NCBI GenBank assembly: GCA_021613535.1
Contig: CP075493.1
Span: 10,602,001-10,666,000 of the forward strand
Direction of reading: 5' to 3'
DNA from: Adineta vaga
Taxonomy: Eukaryota > Animalia > Rotifera
Length of the DNA stretch: 64,000 nt
Of the stretch, positions 11,780-34,588 are shown piece after piece. Both the position numbers and the translations under genes were made by a program. The number at the start of each line of letters is the position of its first letter. Within the stretch, counting starts at the first letter, position 1. The notes below the pieces were generated by a model that saw only the letters and a program-made list of their open reading frames with translations, was not told where the DNA came from and made no database searches.

Positions 11780-13945
11780 CTATGTCTCTTGTTCAACATC
11801 TTCATTCAAATATCGATGCCATTCATCAATTCTTTCCTTTTCTTCTTCTTCTTCTGGTTCTACATCATATTTTGTTGTACCTAAGAAGAAAAATGAGAAA
11901 TATTTATTTGTATTCAAAAAAAAATTGAAAGAATTTACCATCCCAAATTTGGCATTCTATGACTCTTCCATGCCAAATTCGATTGTTCATATACTGACAA
12001 CAGATATCGGCTTGATTAATATCAGCAAAACCAACTGTCACAACACCAGCTGGATTGGTCTATTTAGTAAAAACGAATAAAAATCTTTTATTTCAAATAT
12101 TTCAATCGATCTTACATCATATATATTAATCTTTTTTACATCTCCATATTCTTTACAAGATTCTTGTATATGATTTCGTAATTTGTCAATGAATAATGGA
12201 TCATTCTAAAGAGAAAACAAGAATTATTTAAAACAATACAAGAGTAATTTTGTTTTTTATAAAATTTTACTTTAAATTGTTCTAAACCAAACATATTTTT
12301 CATCACAATAATTCTTTCATATTTATGTCGAATTGTTTCAGGACGATCTTCCCAATTCAGTGCATGTTCTTTTAGTTTTTCTTTTGTTTTTTTATCAATT
12401 TTTTTTCTTTTACGCTTTAAGTCAGGATTAAATGCTCCTTTGGCTTCAAATTTAGCACGTTCAACATGAATTTTGCACGAACGAAATTCACTATCATCAA
12501 GCATATCAATACATAATTTAACAGACTCAGGCTAAAAGATAGATTATATCAATGAAACAAAATAAACTTTATACGTTTCAAAAAGTAACTTACTCTTATA
12601 TATCGACATGTTCCATCACCTTTTGGATTTCCTTCCTCATCTCGATATAAACGTATTTTTTTCTTTCGTGAATCATTAGGATCAGGTGAGATAATACCAT
12701 ATTTTGACATTAATTCTTCGAATTCTTTATCAGTTATATCGAATGGTAGGCCACTGATATAAACATTACAATTCTTCTCATCAGGTAGATCAAACCAACC
12801 TATTGAAATGAAAATTTAATAATTTAATAAAAACTGAATAGTTTTTATGAATACAATTGAATCAGAAATTATATCAATGAGCAATCATGGATGATATGAC
12901 TATCATTCAGAAAACACCATTATTTAAATTTCTACATCATCTTCAATGTATGCATAACGAAAGGATGAAGAATACAAAGTGATCATAGGTAGAATCGAAC
13001 ATTTAACTTATGTAAACAAAAGGATTTTACAGTCTGAACTATTTTAGTAAATCAACTTCGGAAGACTATTTCAGTTGGATATAGGAATACAATCGAATAA
13101 ACAACTAACCTTCAGCTGCTTTCTTTTTCATATTCTGTGCTTGTTCTGTAATTCCTGGTGGTGGTACTATTGTTGGTTTTTGTTCTGTTGAAGATTCATC
13201 TTCAAGTGGTTCAATGCCTTCATTATCCCAACTATTTGTTTGATCATTCCATTTATATTTAATTCCAGTCAAATGATCTGTATATTTATCTACAGTTGAT
13301 AGAAGTGCCCATTGAAGTTGATCTTTCAACCAAACATAAGTTTGTTGTTTCCCTTCTTGATCGTTTGCTGAATAAGTACTAACATCAGGTATCCATGTAT
13401 TATGTTTTTTTGAAAATGTATATTTAATATGATTAGTTTCATCGATATAGGATTGTAATGGTATCCATTGTTGTGTTTCTTTATCTAATTTGTAAGTAAT
13501 TCCATCACGTTCGTAAACATACGTATGATGTTGAACATCATATCGAATACCAGATGAAGATTCTAGACCATAATTCATATGATGTTCGACAAGAAATTCT
13601 TCCGAAACTTTTGGAAACCTATGAAACAAGAAAAACACTTGTATTTAAAAATGAAAATATAATTACTAACCATCCTTTCACTGCCGGATCCCATTCGTAA
13701 ACAGTTCCATCAGGATCCGTTTTTGTTTTTCTTTGTGCAGCTTGATTTTGAAGTTTTCTCGTTTGTTCCAAACGAAGTTGTCGATTGAAATCATCTTCAT
13801 CTTGATCATCATCGTCGTCATCCTCATCGTATGTAGTTGGACGAGCAACACGTTGATATGTAACATTACCTTTCGGTTTTTTCACTTTGCTAATTTCATT
13901 AATACGTCGTTCATCGTCCGATGATTCACTTTCATGTTCAGACAT
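11780..13945 (-). CDS. HTATSF1: HIV Tat-specific factor 1 / Cus2 homolog (RRM + UHM, U2 snRNP factor)
   Basis: TDPDGTVYEWD...WFPK N-terminal motif, NVYISGLPFDIT RRM, VERAKFEAKGAFNP, ERIIVMKNMF UHM, WDGTTKY end. Confidence 0.9.
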
Positions 13946-14025
13946 CTAGAAAAAAAAGTATTGAACTACGCTGGAATGTAAGAAAAAGAAAACAGAAAAA
14001 CAATATTGTCTTTATTTAGAAAAAT

Positions 14026-16026
14026 TTAGATTAATGAAGTGAGACTTGGTGGTACCCAACCACCCATGGTTTGTTCAATTTCTTGTGCAACAGCTAGAGG
14101 TAATTGATCACGACCACGTCCAGCAACACATTGTATACCCAGTGGTAAATGTTTTCGATCTAATCCAAGTGGACATTGAGTTGATGGTAAACCTAATGCA
14201 TTGATAATTCCACAATAAATATAATCAAATGTATTCATTACACAAGGCCAAGCATGAACAGGTGCTGAGACAGGAAATGTTGGGAAAAATAAAACACCAT
14301 CATCACCTAATAAAACTTGTATCTCATCATAAAATTTATGTGCTAGCTCATGAAAACGTTTATTATATTTATTTGGAACGGCTTCTAATATTGCTAGACC
14401 AATCGCTGGTAATGTATGTGTAGAACGAAATAAAATTTTGCGTAATACTTCATGATAACCATTAATATAAGATGTACGATTACCAAGTGTTAAAGAAAAA
14501 TCACGTGATGATAATTGACCATCAACCATCATTGCTGACCAAAGTGAGACAGCATGACGAAGACGTGTTAAACGTAAACGTATTACATGAACTTTATATT
14601 TATTTTCGAAATGTTCAACAACTCGTCGATGTGCACGTTTCTGATCATATTCAACTTTGTTGACAAAATCAGCATCGATTTCATCGATATAAAAATAACG
14701 TAATTTACTTAAATCAACCTAGAAGAAAACAGAATATATATATATATATTTAAAAAAATCATGAGGATGTAAGAGTCTCATTTATTACTACTAAGGTCTT
14801 ATATATTTGTCCTCGTAACTTGTGACGTTTTACCTCGACGATGAATACGTACAGAAAAGAAAAATGACAAGGTTTTATTCTATTTTTCTTCTAATCACGA
14901 CAGTAGCTTCTGTTTAGTTACTTACTGGAACATCAATATGTAATAATCTTTCGATATTCTCGGGTCCAGCTAATGCTTTAAGCATTGGTTGTAAATCACA
15001 TGCATATCGACATATAGGTCCTGTAGATAACAAATATTTTTGATGAAAATCTTTGTGTGGTGGATATTGACCATCATTTGGTACGATATCTATTCGTAAT
15101 AGTATTTAAAAAAAGGATCTTTCATCAGATAAGTTTCTATTCATACCTGGTGTAGTTTTATGACCAAAGATTCCGTTCATAAATGCAGGTAATCGAATAC
15201 TTCCACCAATATCTGCTCCAATTGCAAATGGTACACCAGCTGCTGAAACTATACAACCAGCTCCTCCTGAACTTCCTCCAACAATTCTTGTTAAGTCATA
15301 TGGATTATTCGTTGTACCATAGAGAGAATTTCGTCTGAAAAACATTCGAATTAATATATATTCATCTTTCGAAAGACTTTACCAACTTACGATTCAAACC
15401 ACATACATCCTTCGCTAACATTTGTATTACATAGAAGTAAACCACCAGCTTTTAACATATTTGCTACTGATGTTGCTGTATGAGTACATATGAAATCTTT
15501 TCTAGCAACAATTCCTGTTGAATTATGAAAACCTGGAAATTGCATCGATTCTTTGATAGCAAATGGTACGCCAAGAAATGGTGCACGTTCTTCACTCCAT
15601 TCATTCGGTAATCCTCTTTGACCTCTTTTAACAGCATCTAAAATACGATCAATTTCCTGTGCTTCAGCTAATGCTTGAGAAAATCGTTCATCAACATAAA
15701 CATTTAGAAATGGTTGAACAGCACGAATTCGATCGATATGTACACGAACAACGTCATAGGATGTTGTCTGAAAAATAGAAAAAGAAATTTCACATGAATA
15801 TTGCTGCTTTCTTTTCTTGATGTTGAAATTATTTTACTTCTCTTTGTCTAATACGTTTCGCAATTACAGTTGCTGATTGAAGTAAAAGTTGATTGGTAAT
15901 AGGTGGTAAACGAAATTTTTGATTGCCATATATTAAAAGAAAGCCAAGATAAATCCATATAGAAAGAAAGCAACGAATTAGCCATAGAATAAATGATAAA
16001 AAGCGAAGAACCTTATCCATAACCAT
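14026..16026 (-). CDS. FAAH2: Fatty-acid amide hydrolase 2 (amidase signature)
   Basis: GGSSGG and GADIGGSIRLPAFMNGIFGHK amidase signature, PFLGVPFAIKES, C-terminal GGWVPP. Confidence 0.9.
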
Positions 16027-16369
16027 TTGATTTGATCAACTTATTTTCAAAACTAGAATGAAAAAAATCATCACAACGTCTACGCCTATCATATATGTAC
16101 TTTGATGAAAATACTAATTGTATTGGATGATAATTTCGCCAATAGATATCGTTGTACAATAATAAATAAAAGTATTGTCAATGTCAATCATCAGAGAACA
16201 AAACTTCACATTCATAGAGAATCTGCACTCGAAAAAATGACTAAATCAATTCAACACAGAATCTGAAATCTTTTTTTCTATATGTAAAAATATAGTTCAT
16301 TCAAAAAGAACACAGAAATGGTGGTCAGTATGTTTATAGACAAGACAAATAGTTTTTGTTATATATTCA

Positions 16370-17533
16370 TTATGTCTCAAATTCAACATCGATATTAAGA
16401 GTAAAATTATTAAAAAATCGCAAAGGTTGTATACAAAGGTCTATAAATTGAATTGGTAACCAAGTTTGAAAATCATGAGCTTTTAATCCATCTTGACTCG
16501 AACGAAATCTTTCGCCATAATATAAATGTACAGTTTCTGTCGACGATATTGACAGAGTAGCTACGTTAACTTGATGAGCAGGAACTGTAAAATTTGTACC
16601 ATATGGATCATCGATTGAACATGGATTTATAGTTATATCTTTAAGATGTTCAGGTGGAGCGCCACCATCAGCACAATAATTTAATTGACCCAGATACGTC
16701 CAATTTCCGAGTATTTTATTGCTACGATATATTCGTGCATCTGAACCCCATTGACAAAAACAGCAATCAAACGATAACATTGTATAATAAAATTCTTTTC
16801 GTTTAAACATTCCACCTCCATTATACCATGGAAAATCATCTTTTTGAAAAATAATCGAATATTGTCCAGTCGTTGACATCCAATCTGATGATAACTTTTC
16901 GACGATATGTCTTAAAGGTTGATCACGTGTGTTATATCGAACATAGGCCGTATTATCATCATCATCAACAAATAGATTAGTAGTATCACTAATTATCTTT
17001 CCACCTTGCATTTCCAATGGTCGAACATTAATGAATGGACCATAGGGTGTCGAAGAAACAGCAAGTGCAACAAAAGAATTCTTATATCCATATCTACTCG
17101 ACCAATAAATCATTACATATTGTTTAGTTCGAAGATTATAACCAACATTTGGCATCCAATAATTGATATAAGAATTATCTTTTGTAATTTCAGGTACAAT
17201 ATTATTACTAATTAAAGTCCAACTAACAAGATCTGATGATGTATATAGTGCAAATGTGTTATTTATATAACCACATATGCCATCACATATCGTCGTCGAT
17301 TGATGACATTCATCATAAACGGTACCATACATAAAGTACGTTTTATTAAATTTAACTAGACAACCATCATGTGCATTAACAATATTTCCATTTATATCCA
17401 ATCGAGGAAGAACATTAGAAATTATTACTTGTTTGCCTGTAACAATCCATGCATTTGATAGAAGAAAAAAACAAACGAAATTTACTAGTGAAAGAATCAT
17501 TTGATAAAATGAAGTATATTGTGAAGAAGACAT
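16370..17533 (-). CDS. Secreted GH43-clan five-bladed beta-propeller glycoside hydrolase, intronless, HGT candidate
   Basis: Signal-peptide-like N-terminus; motifs NAHDG, YTSSDLVSW, VAVSSTPYGPF, LFVDDD, GMFKRKEFYY. Confidence 0.8.
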   Translation of the reverse strand: MSSSQYTSFYQMILSLVNFVCFFLLSNAWIVTGKQVIISNVLPRLDINGNIVNAHDGCLVKFNKTYFMYGTVYDECHQSTTICDGICGYINNTFALYTSSDLVSWTLISNNIVPEITKDNSYINYWMPNVGYNLRTKQYVMIYWSSRYGYKNSFVALAVSSTPYGPFINVRPLEMQGGKIISDTTNLFVDDDDNTAYVRYNTRDQPLRHIVEKLSSDWMSTTGQYSIIFQKDDFPWYNGGGMFKRKEFYYTMLSFDCCFCQWGSDARIYRSNKILGNWTYLGQLNYCADGGAPPEHLKDITINPCSIDDPYGTNFTVPAHQVNVATLSISSTETVHLYYGERFRSSQDGLKAHDFQTWLPIQFIDLCIQPLRFFNNFTLNIDVEFET

Positions 17534-17800
17534 ACATTATATCTACATGACTCTTGACATTTTATCTTATACTATTGAGATAACAAAAAACAAAATCGTT
17601 TTTTTCATTTGTTTATATACAATAATTCATAAAGATTCGTGTCATCTTAAAATTATCCTGTGTGAGTAGCAAACTACGTCATTCAAAATAAAAATAGAAA
17701 ATAAATCAAAATGATTTAAAAGATTAAGAAATATCTATATAAGATTGTTAGTTTAAATGAAACGAATTAGAATATATATCAATTCAATCGGTACAATAAG

Positions 17801-18516
17801 ATGCAAAAGTTACTATTATTACTTTTTATTCCTTCATCTATTGTTTGTTTGTTCTATGGAACTACAGATCTACCTGATGGTGACGCTGAAATGTTATGTG
17901 CAACTCAAGCTGGTTTTGATATCGGACGAGATCTATCCGATGAATTGAAATCAGATTATTCTCGAATACCAAAAGGTTTATGGTATCGAATACGTGGTCA
18001 AATTCGTCGAATATCGTACGATGCTTCAGAATCAATTCTTCGTCATGATGATCCTCAACGGCAAGGCAATTGTTATTTTCAAGTTGAATCCAATATGGAA
18101 ACAGAATATATTCAAAGTATTCCTTTTCCGCGTGCTTCTTCAATGAGTGCACCGTATAACTACTATTTCTCGGCTTTAATGAATGACAACAATAATGGCA
18201 TTCATATTTCTTTGGAATGGTACGATGATGAAAATAAATTAATGAATTCGACTAGTATTCATTCGATTGATACTATGAACACAAGTAAGAATTGATTATT
18301 TATGCTTAATATATGCTTTCTCTCTTCTATCTTTTAGGTAATGTTTCTCGATTGAATGAAGCAAAACTGGGTAAAATTGTACCAGATGCAAAAACAATGT
18401 TGATCAGAATCATTACTGATTCATCATTGTCAACTTCAGAGAATACTTCTTATTTTATTGATATGATCAATGTAGTATTCTTTCCCGATCATATTTTTAA
18501 TAGTGGAAGACCATAG
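17801..18516 (+). CDS. Secreted protein, possible jelly-roll/carbohydrate-binding-like fold
   Basis: Signal peptide MQKLLLLLFIPSSIVC; exons 17801-18284 and 18338-18516 join in frame; beta-rich pattern (ISLEWYD...VPDAKTMLIRI...YFIDMINV). Confidence 0.6.
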
Positions 18517-19459
18517 AATTCATTTTCTTCTCTATCAGATGAATTTAATCATCATTTATTACAGAAGAAAAAACGAATATAGATCATTGAATTGATTCGA
18601 ATTCAACAAGAACAAAGTTCATAGATATCATAGGTCATACTTAAAAATATAGAATGATGAGTACTGCATGCACCAGATGACTGAAAAACCATTAAATCGA
18701 ATATAATGTATATGATCAATCTTAACAATTAGTGAGATATGTTCTGTATAGATCGATTTGTCGAAATTATTCAAACTTAATTAATACTGTATATAAAATC
18801 GGAATGCTAGCAATTTTTAGTCTATTCATTTGCATTATATATCAATTTACATTTGAAATGAAACGATGGGATGATAGTATAATCATATGAATTAATTATA
18901 TTGATACAAAATAAAAGTCATATCAACAAAATAAGCTATAAAAAAAAGATTGATAATGTCACGAAATGATTCATTTCAAGAATCAATATGTTGTTCAAAT
19001 AAGTGACTCGAAAAATATTATTATTCTAGAAATTTCTCTTTCTCTCACTCTCTTTGCTAGAGTATAGATGTTATTGCTTCGAATAAGAAATAAATAGTCA
19101 CTGATCGTTTGTCTTTCAAAGATAATTTGAGTCCATCTTTCGCATCATTGGATGGCTGCTGTTGCATTTTTTTCTTCTTCTTCTTTAATCGATACTAAAC
19201 GACAAACAATATTTTTCTTCTTCCCCCGCTATTATCTTCTTCAATATCGTTGCCATATATGACGTATTCATTAATGCACCAGCTGGTTTATCATAATCAC
19301 CTTAGAACAAGAAGAAAAAAAACAAGATGAATAAAGTTCTATTCGATAGACATTCATTGTCGTCTTTCTCCTTTGACATCATTATCAATATCCCTTCCTC
19401 TCGACGACAAAAATATCTAACTTTTAAATAAAGTCTTTCTTTTCTATCTCTAATTTGAA

Positions 19460-28992
<9,533 letters not shown>

Positions 28993-29500
28993 TTGTATTT
29001 ATTCATATCGTATAAAATTATTTTCTTTGACCCTATATTGTCTACTAAATAAACGTATTTTCTCTTCCAAATAATGTATTTTTATTGAATTTCATTAAAT
29101 ATTTATTGCAAAAATGATTATAAATGGTTAACTGTAAATGATTCTTTTTCACCATTTCACGTACCTATATTATCGATCGATGTCATACAAGCAATGTTGT
29201 GACAAAAATTCATTTTCTACTGTATATAGATTACATGTAAAATAGAGATGATAGATGACATAAGACCTTGGAAGTATTAAAATTCTTCTCATCAATATGA
29301 AAATGATCTTCTAGTTAAGAAATTATAGAGTACAAAACAATAGATGTCGCTTTCAATCAAACTTGATTGGTTTTTTTCTAAGATGATCCAGTTGTTTTTC
29401 AGCATGTACATCAGTTTGGTTTAGTGTGGCTCCGTGTTTATAATTGATAATCTCTGTTTTAGACTATTTTTTTCTCTTAAATTAATAGAAAACTGTGAGA

Positions 29501-29755
29501 ATGAAATTAAGTCTTATTCGTTTCGGTGGTGGCGGTGATGCTGATGTTCCAGCTCATATTCGAGAAAAGATGTCTAGTAATTGGTATGTTCGTCATTTCA
29601 ATTCATTTACAACACGTGGTCGAGCTAATTCTGTTGTTGCGGTTGTCGGCGGTTGGATACTTTTCGGTTATGCAATGTCAAAATTGGCTCAATCACGTAA
29701 AACTAAACAATTAATATCTGAACCATCATCAACCCAAAAGAGTGGACATCATTAA
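29501..29755 (+). CDS. ATP5MK: ATP synthase membrane subunit k (DAPIT/USMG5)-like
   Basis: HFNSFTTRGRANSVVA matches the DAPIT YFNSYTxxGRxNxVxA motif and is followed by a single TM. Confidence 0.75.
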   Translation: MKLSLIRFGGGGDADVPAHIREKMSSNWYVRHFNSFTTRGRANSVVAVVGGWILFGYAMSKLAQSRKTKQLISEPSSTQKSGHH

Positions 29756-32700
29756 ACTTCCAATGATAATAATTATTTTCCTATAGTCAACATCCAGAAA
29801 AATACTTTAAACCGTTTCATTATTTTGTTTTCTTTCTTACTCCTCATTTTATTTCTTTGAAAAAACAAAACTATATTAGAAAAACAAAATAAAACTAAAA
29901 TTTTATTTATCATGTATTCTCTTCAATTAGTTAAAATAAAAAACCACTCGATTGACTTTGTATGGAGTATGGAAGTACAATCTGCTTACATTATTCGCAT
30001 ATGTTTGATTGTATCATGTATCCTGGTTATCGATTATCTCCAAATAGATCTTTTTCACTTCCGGAGGAATATTCGATGCACTCAAAATTATTAATCGAAT
30101 AAACAGCTTCTTAGAATAGAGTAAAGTTCATCTCTTCTGATACTAATGTTCCTATTCTTTTTCTTTCGGTCAACATCTATTATAATATGTCACACAGTTG
30201 TTTTGAAAGATTTCATCGCTATAGCTCCAAATGGTATTCATCGATCGAATCGATTCATTGTGTTGATTAAATCCTTGTGAGACTTAATGAAGCATAATAA
30301 TATAATTGCAATCTTCGTCTATTTTTGTCTGAAATTTTTCTTAACTATACAAACGACTTTGTTTCACTTGAAATCCATAGAACAATGTCGTTATTATATT
30401 CTTCGAGAAAGAATTCTTGCGAATAGAAATTTTTCGATGATACTGTTGTTGTCATTGTTGTTGTTGTAGTTGTTGTTAGTTTGTCTCTATGATCTATCTT
30501 TTGTTTTTAGTGACAACTAAAGTCTATCTATCGATCTGAAAATATCAAACTCATAATAGAAGATTTCAACCGATAAGTATTGTTTATTATGAATAGGCAG
30601 TCATTTTTCTTCTTTAGATAGAAGATGTAAAAACTAATTATTTCCGTAGACAACGTCATTCTTGTCCTTTTTTTTCAATAGTTCTTTGATCTAGACTAAA
30701 AGTCATATTTCTCTCTACATAATGAATGAAGTTAAAAAATAATTACTCGACAAGAAAATATACATAGAAGCAGAGGTTAGTTGTTACTGATTTTTGTGCT
30801 TTCATCAATATTTAGATCTCTCAAGAAAATATTGAAATAAAACAATTATTCTCCGTTAGGAATTGACTGTAAACTAGAGAATACAATCAAAATTCCTTAT
30901 CCTACTAACTAGTATACATAATAAAATAGTTGTCTGATCGTAAACCTAATTATTCATTTCCTTTTTTTTGACAATATACGATAATAAAATACGGATTTAT
31001 AAGCAGAAGATCGCCTGGAATTTTCTCTCATTTAAAAACAAAGGCTAGCACATATACGTTTAGATTTCATGTCTGATGATCGGATCGTTTCATCATTAAC
31101 AGATTTCCAACTCGAGAAAAAATATTCTTCATTAATTTGAGTGAATTATATTGATATGAAATGCTATGACTGACTACCCTCGAAACTTTTTAAAACAATT
31201 TCCTAGTAAATAGAACCTTTTTTATTTGTATTTTCTATCTAGATAGATACATAAAGAAGTGCTTTGTATTTGATTAGCTTGTATCTATCGAGGTAGTAGT
31301 AGTAGTAGATAATATAGACTTTTTCTCATTTTTCATTTTATTTTTACTGTTCAATGAGCATGAGAATGAATGAATGCTATGTCAATAGTTTTTGAAAGAG
31401 TTATGATTGATTCTATTTTCATATACAGGTTTGAGTTCTACAGAAACATAAATGACATAGATAGTCAATGACTGCTTTGTTCTATTTTTCTTCTTCGTCT
31501 TTTCTTTTCTTGTTCTGCTTCCTCGTCCTCTACTATCAATAGAACAATACTAGAATTTCGAAGAGAAGATGCAAGATCGATGAAAAAAACACAATGATAT
31601 GCATGATGCAAAAAGAATGTTCTCCATATCTTCCCTTCAAGAGACTTCCTAAACACGCTGTTCATCACTTTTTATTGAATATAATTATCAAACCACATCA
31701 GACTGTACTTTTGAAAGCTCCTAGAAAAACAACTCATTAGTTTTCGTTAGAAATCTACGTAAACACGTCTGATCTTTCAGAACTTTCCGATGATGATTGT
31801 ATTGATAGTTGCAAATAAAAGGTACGATATTCTTTTTCCTTTCTCTCTTTATTTATTACTCTTAGGATACTTTGATTATTGATTGGGTTTCCCTTCTTTT
31901 TTTTCTTAGCATCACAAAACAGGGAAATAATAATGTAAAGAAAATAGAGAGATAGAGACAGCGAGAAAAAAGAAAGAAAGAAAAGCTTGACAATTACTTA
32001 TTGAAGCAAAATATTATTGTGTGAATAACTTCGTCAAACAACCGGTATGTTCCACTATCCAGATTTACTCTATCAGTAGTGATAAAGTACGACGAGTATG
32101 TATTCTAAGTCGAACATTTTTCTCTTAGATTAACGATATAGTTAGAATATATTTTAATACTATCATCATTATCGAACATATGTTCATATTAAGAAAGAAA
32201 GAAAGAAGTTCAATATCTCTGCTTTTTTCTAAATGCTTGTGACTAAAAGCAGGATAAACTTATAGCATACTTATCCTTTATTTTCTGTCATTTTATCGAT
32301 TTCTCTTCATCATTCTTTTCTCTCAAGTGTTCAATTACGACATATCGGAGTGAGAGAAAGACAAGTTTACAAGTATGTATTTAACTGCCAGATCTAATCA
32401 TGTTAGTAAAGCATCACATACATACAAATATAGCAATGTTTATTCTTGACATCTAAGTCATACTTTCTGTTTTGTTTCCTTCAATTTTATCGAAGAATAT
32501 TCGACTTATTCGATTGTGACATTCAACAGTCAATCAAATCATACTCAATTCTATAGAGAAATCCATGATTTTTATTCGAGTATCTAAAGACAACTCTGTC
32601 TTTGTTTTTTTTTACTTTAATATTAAATTTTGAATTGAAATCAAAAGTTCTTATTTGTTTTTATAATTATAAATGTCAAGAACAATTTGTCAACGAAGAA

Positions 32701-33023
32701 ACTAATAGTACGAGATTTGTTTGTGCTTTTTTTTCTCAGCAAAATAATGAGAATATTCAATATTTTTTTCGAATACAGCAAATTAAATTAGAAGTGTTTG
32801 CATGTTTTGAAAAAGGTAATTCTTTTTCTCCTCTTATTACTTCTTCGTCTTCTTCTCGTTTTATTTTAATGATATATGTAATATAAGATCTTCAAAAAAC
32901 AAAAAAAAGAAAACCGTAATTAACTATCACTAGAAAAACAAACATTTGTTTTTCAAGATAATAGATCTGTTATATTGATATATAAATAAAATGTTCTTAT
33001 TCTCTTTTCATTTAGTTTTCATA

Positions 33024-34295
33024 ATGCATGTTGATTCAGTTGTAGTCGAAGAACCAATATTACATATTAATAATTTACATTTACCACATTCAAATATATT
33101 AGTATACAATTTATCATCATCAATCGAAATTATTCAAAATAATACAATAACAACAACATCCGATGATCCTTATCGTCATTTAACAGAAACAATCGTCTAT
33201 AAATATATATGTCTGACGATTTTTCTCATTGGTATTATTGGAAATTTACTTAGTGTATTAGTATTCAGTCGACCATCATTACGACGTCGTTCATGTGCTA
33301 TATATTTTCTTGCATTAGCTATAACAGATATAGCTTCATTATGTTCATCATTTATTGATACCGTCCTACCATCATTTAATAATGTTTCATTAACAATAAA
33401 ATCAACTTTTATCTGTAAATTAAATCCGTTATTGGTTTATTTCACAACAGATCTATCAAATTTTTTATTAGCTGTTGCATCGATTGATCGAGCAGTATCA
33501 ATACAATGTCCAGTTAAATCGCAATATTTTTGTCGAGCACGTATCGCTATTTATATTATTATTGTTATGTCCATTGTATTTCTCCTTATTAATGGTCATT
33601 TATTTTGGGGTTTTGAAATTGTTGATGAACAATCATTAAAATTTTGTTTACCATCAAAAAACAAATATGTCTATTATAATGAACTATATTCAATGACTTA
33701 TGATCGATTTTATGCTATCTTTGATTCTTTAGATATGTTATTTGCTGTTGTTATCCCATTTATTGTTATGTTAATATGTAATATAATTATCATTATACGT
33801 GTAATTACTTCTCGACGTTCAATAACGACGATTGCTTCAACAACAAGTCAATCAAAAAAATCACGTAGACGGCATGATAAAGAAAAGCAATTAACTATTA
33901 TGTTACTTGGAAGTGCTGCTGGTACGTATTTGTTTTTTATTGAACAATGACTCATTTTCGTCTCCTTTTCAGCCTTTTTAGTTTTTACATTACCGACAGA
34001 AATTAATGATACAGTACGTGCTTTTCATCCATCCGATGTTCCCCAAAATCAAGGTGCCATGGCATTAATTACAGCAATATTTATTGCTATGGGTCAATTA
34101 AATCATGCTATTCATTTCTATATCTATACATTAACTGGTGGTGTATTTCGAAATGAATTAATACAATTATTTACATTTTCAAAATATAGCTTATTGAGAC
34201 AAAAGACTGTATCATCAATTCGACAAACAAATGCTGATCATCAACTTAGAAATTTGGCTACAAAACGAACTAACATAGATGATCATGATATTTGA
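33024..34295 (+). CDS. Class A (rhodopsin-like) peptide-type GPCR
   Basis: GIIGNLL (TM1), LAITD (TM2), SIDRAVSI (DRY-like), VIPF (TM5), NHAIHFYIY (TM7); one intron 33922-33972. Confidence 0.9.
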
Positions 34296-34372
34296 ATAAA
34301 AAATAACACACTTTCTTCTCCTTTCTTCTTTCACTATTTATTTCCTCGTTTTTTTTCTTCTTGTATCTATAA

Positions 34373-34588
34373 TTATAAATTCCACCACCATGTACCGATT
34401 TGAATGGATCGAGAAAGATGTTGAGGTAAGTGCATAATCGCTGTTAATTCACTAATCATATTAGAAAAAAGATCATAAGCACCTAAAGGTTGAATTAATA
34501 TCCACCATGGATGAAGAAGTAGTGTTAATGGATAGGCAAAAGTAAAGAGAAGAATAATACATAACAGACGAATTACTGCATCAAGCAT
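34373..34588 (-). CDS. Small (71 aa) hydrophobic membrane protein
   Basis: ATG-initiated ORF with a hydrophobic hairpin pattern LLFTFAYP...WWILIQPL...LP; tail-to-tail with the GPCR. Confidence 0.45.
   Translation of the reverse strand: MLDAVIRLLCIILLFTFAYPLTLLLHPWWILIQPLGAYDLFSNMISELTAIMHLPQHLSRSIQIGTWWWNL

Noticed and set aside
29800-32990. Long non-coding stretch with short ORFs
   Set aside because: AT-rich low-complexity ORFs with no homology cues; best read as the GPCR upstream/5' UTR intron region.
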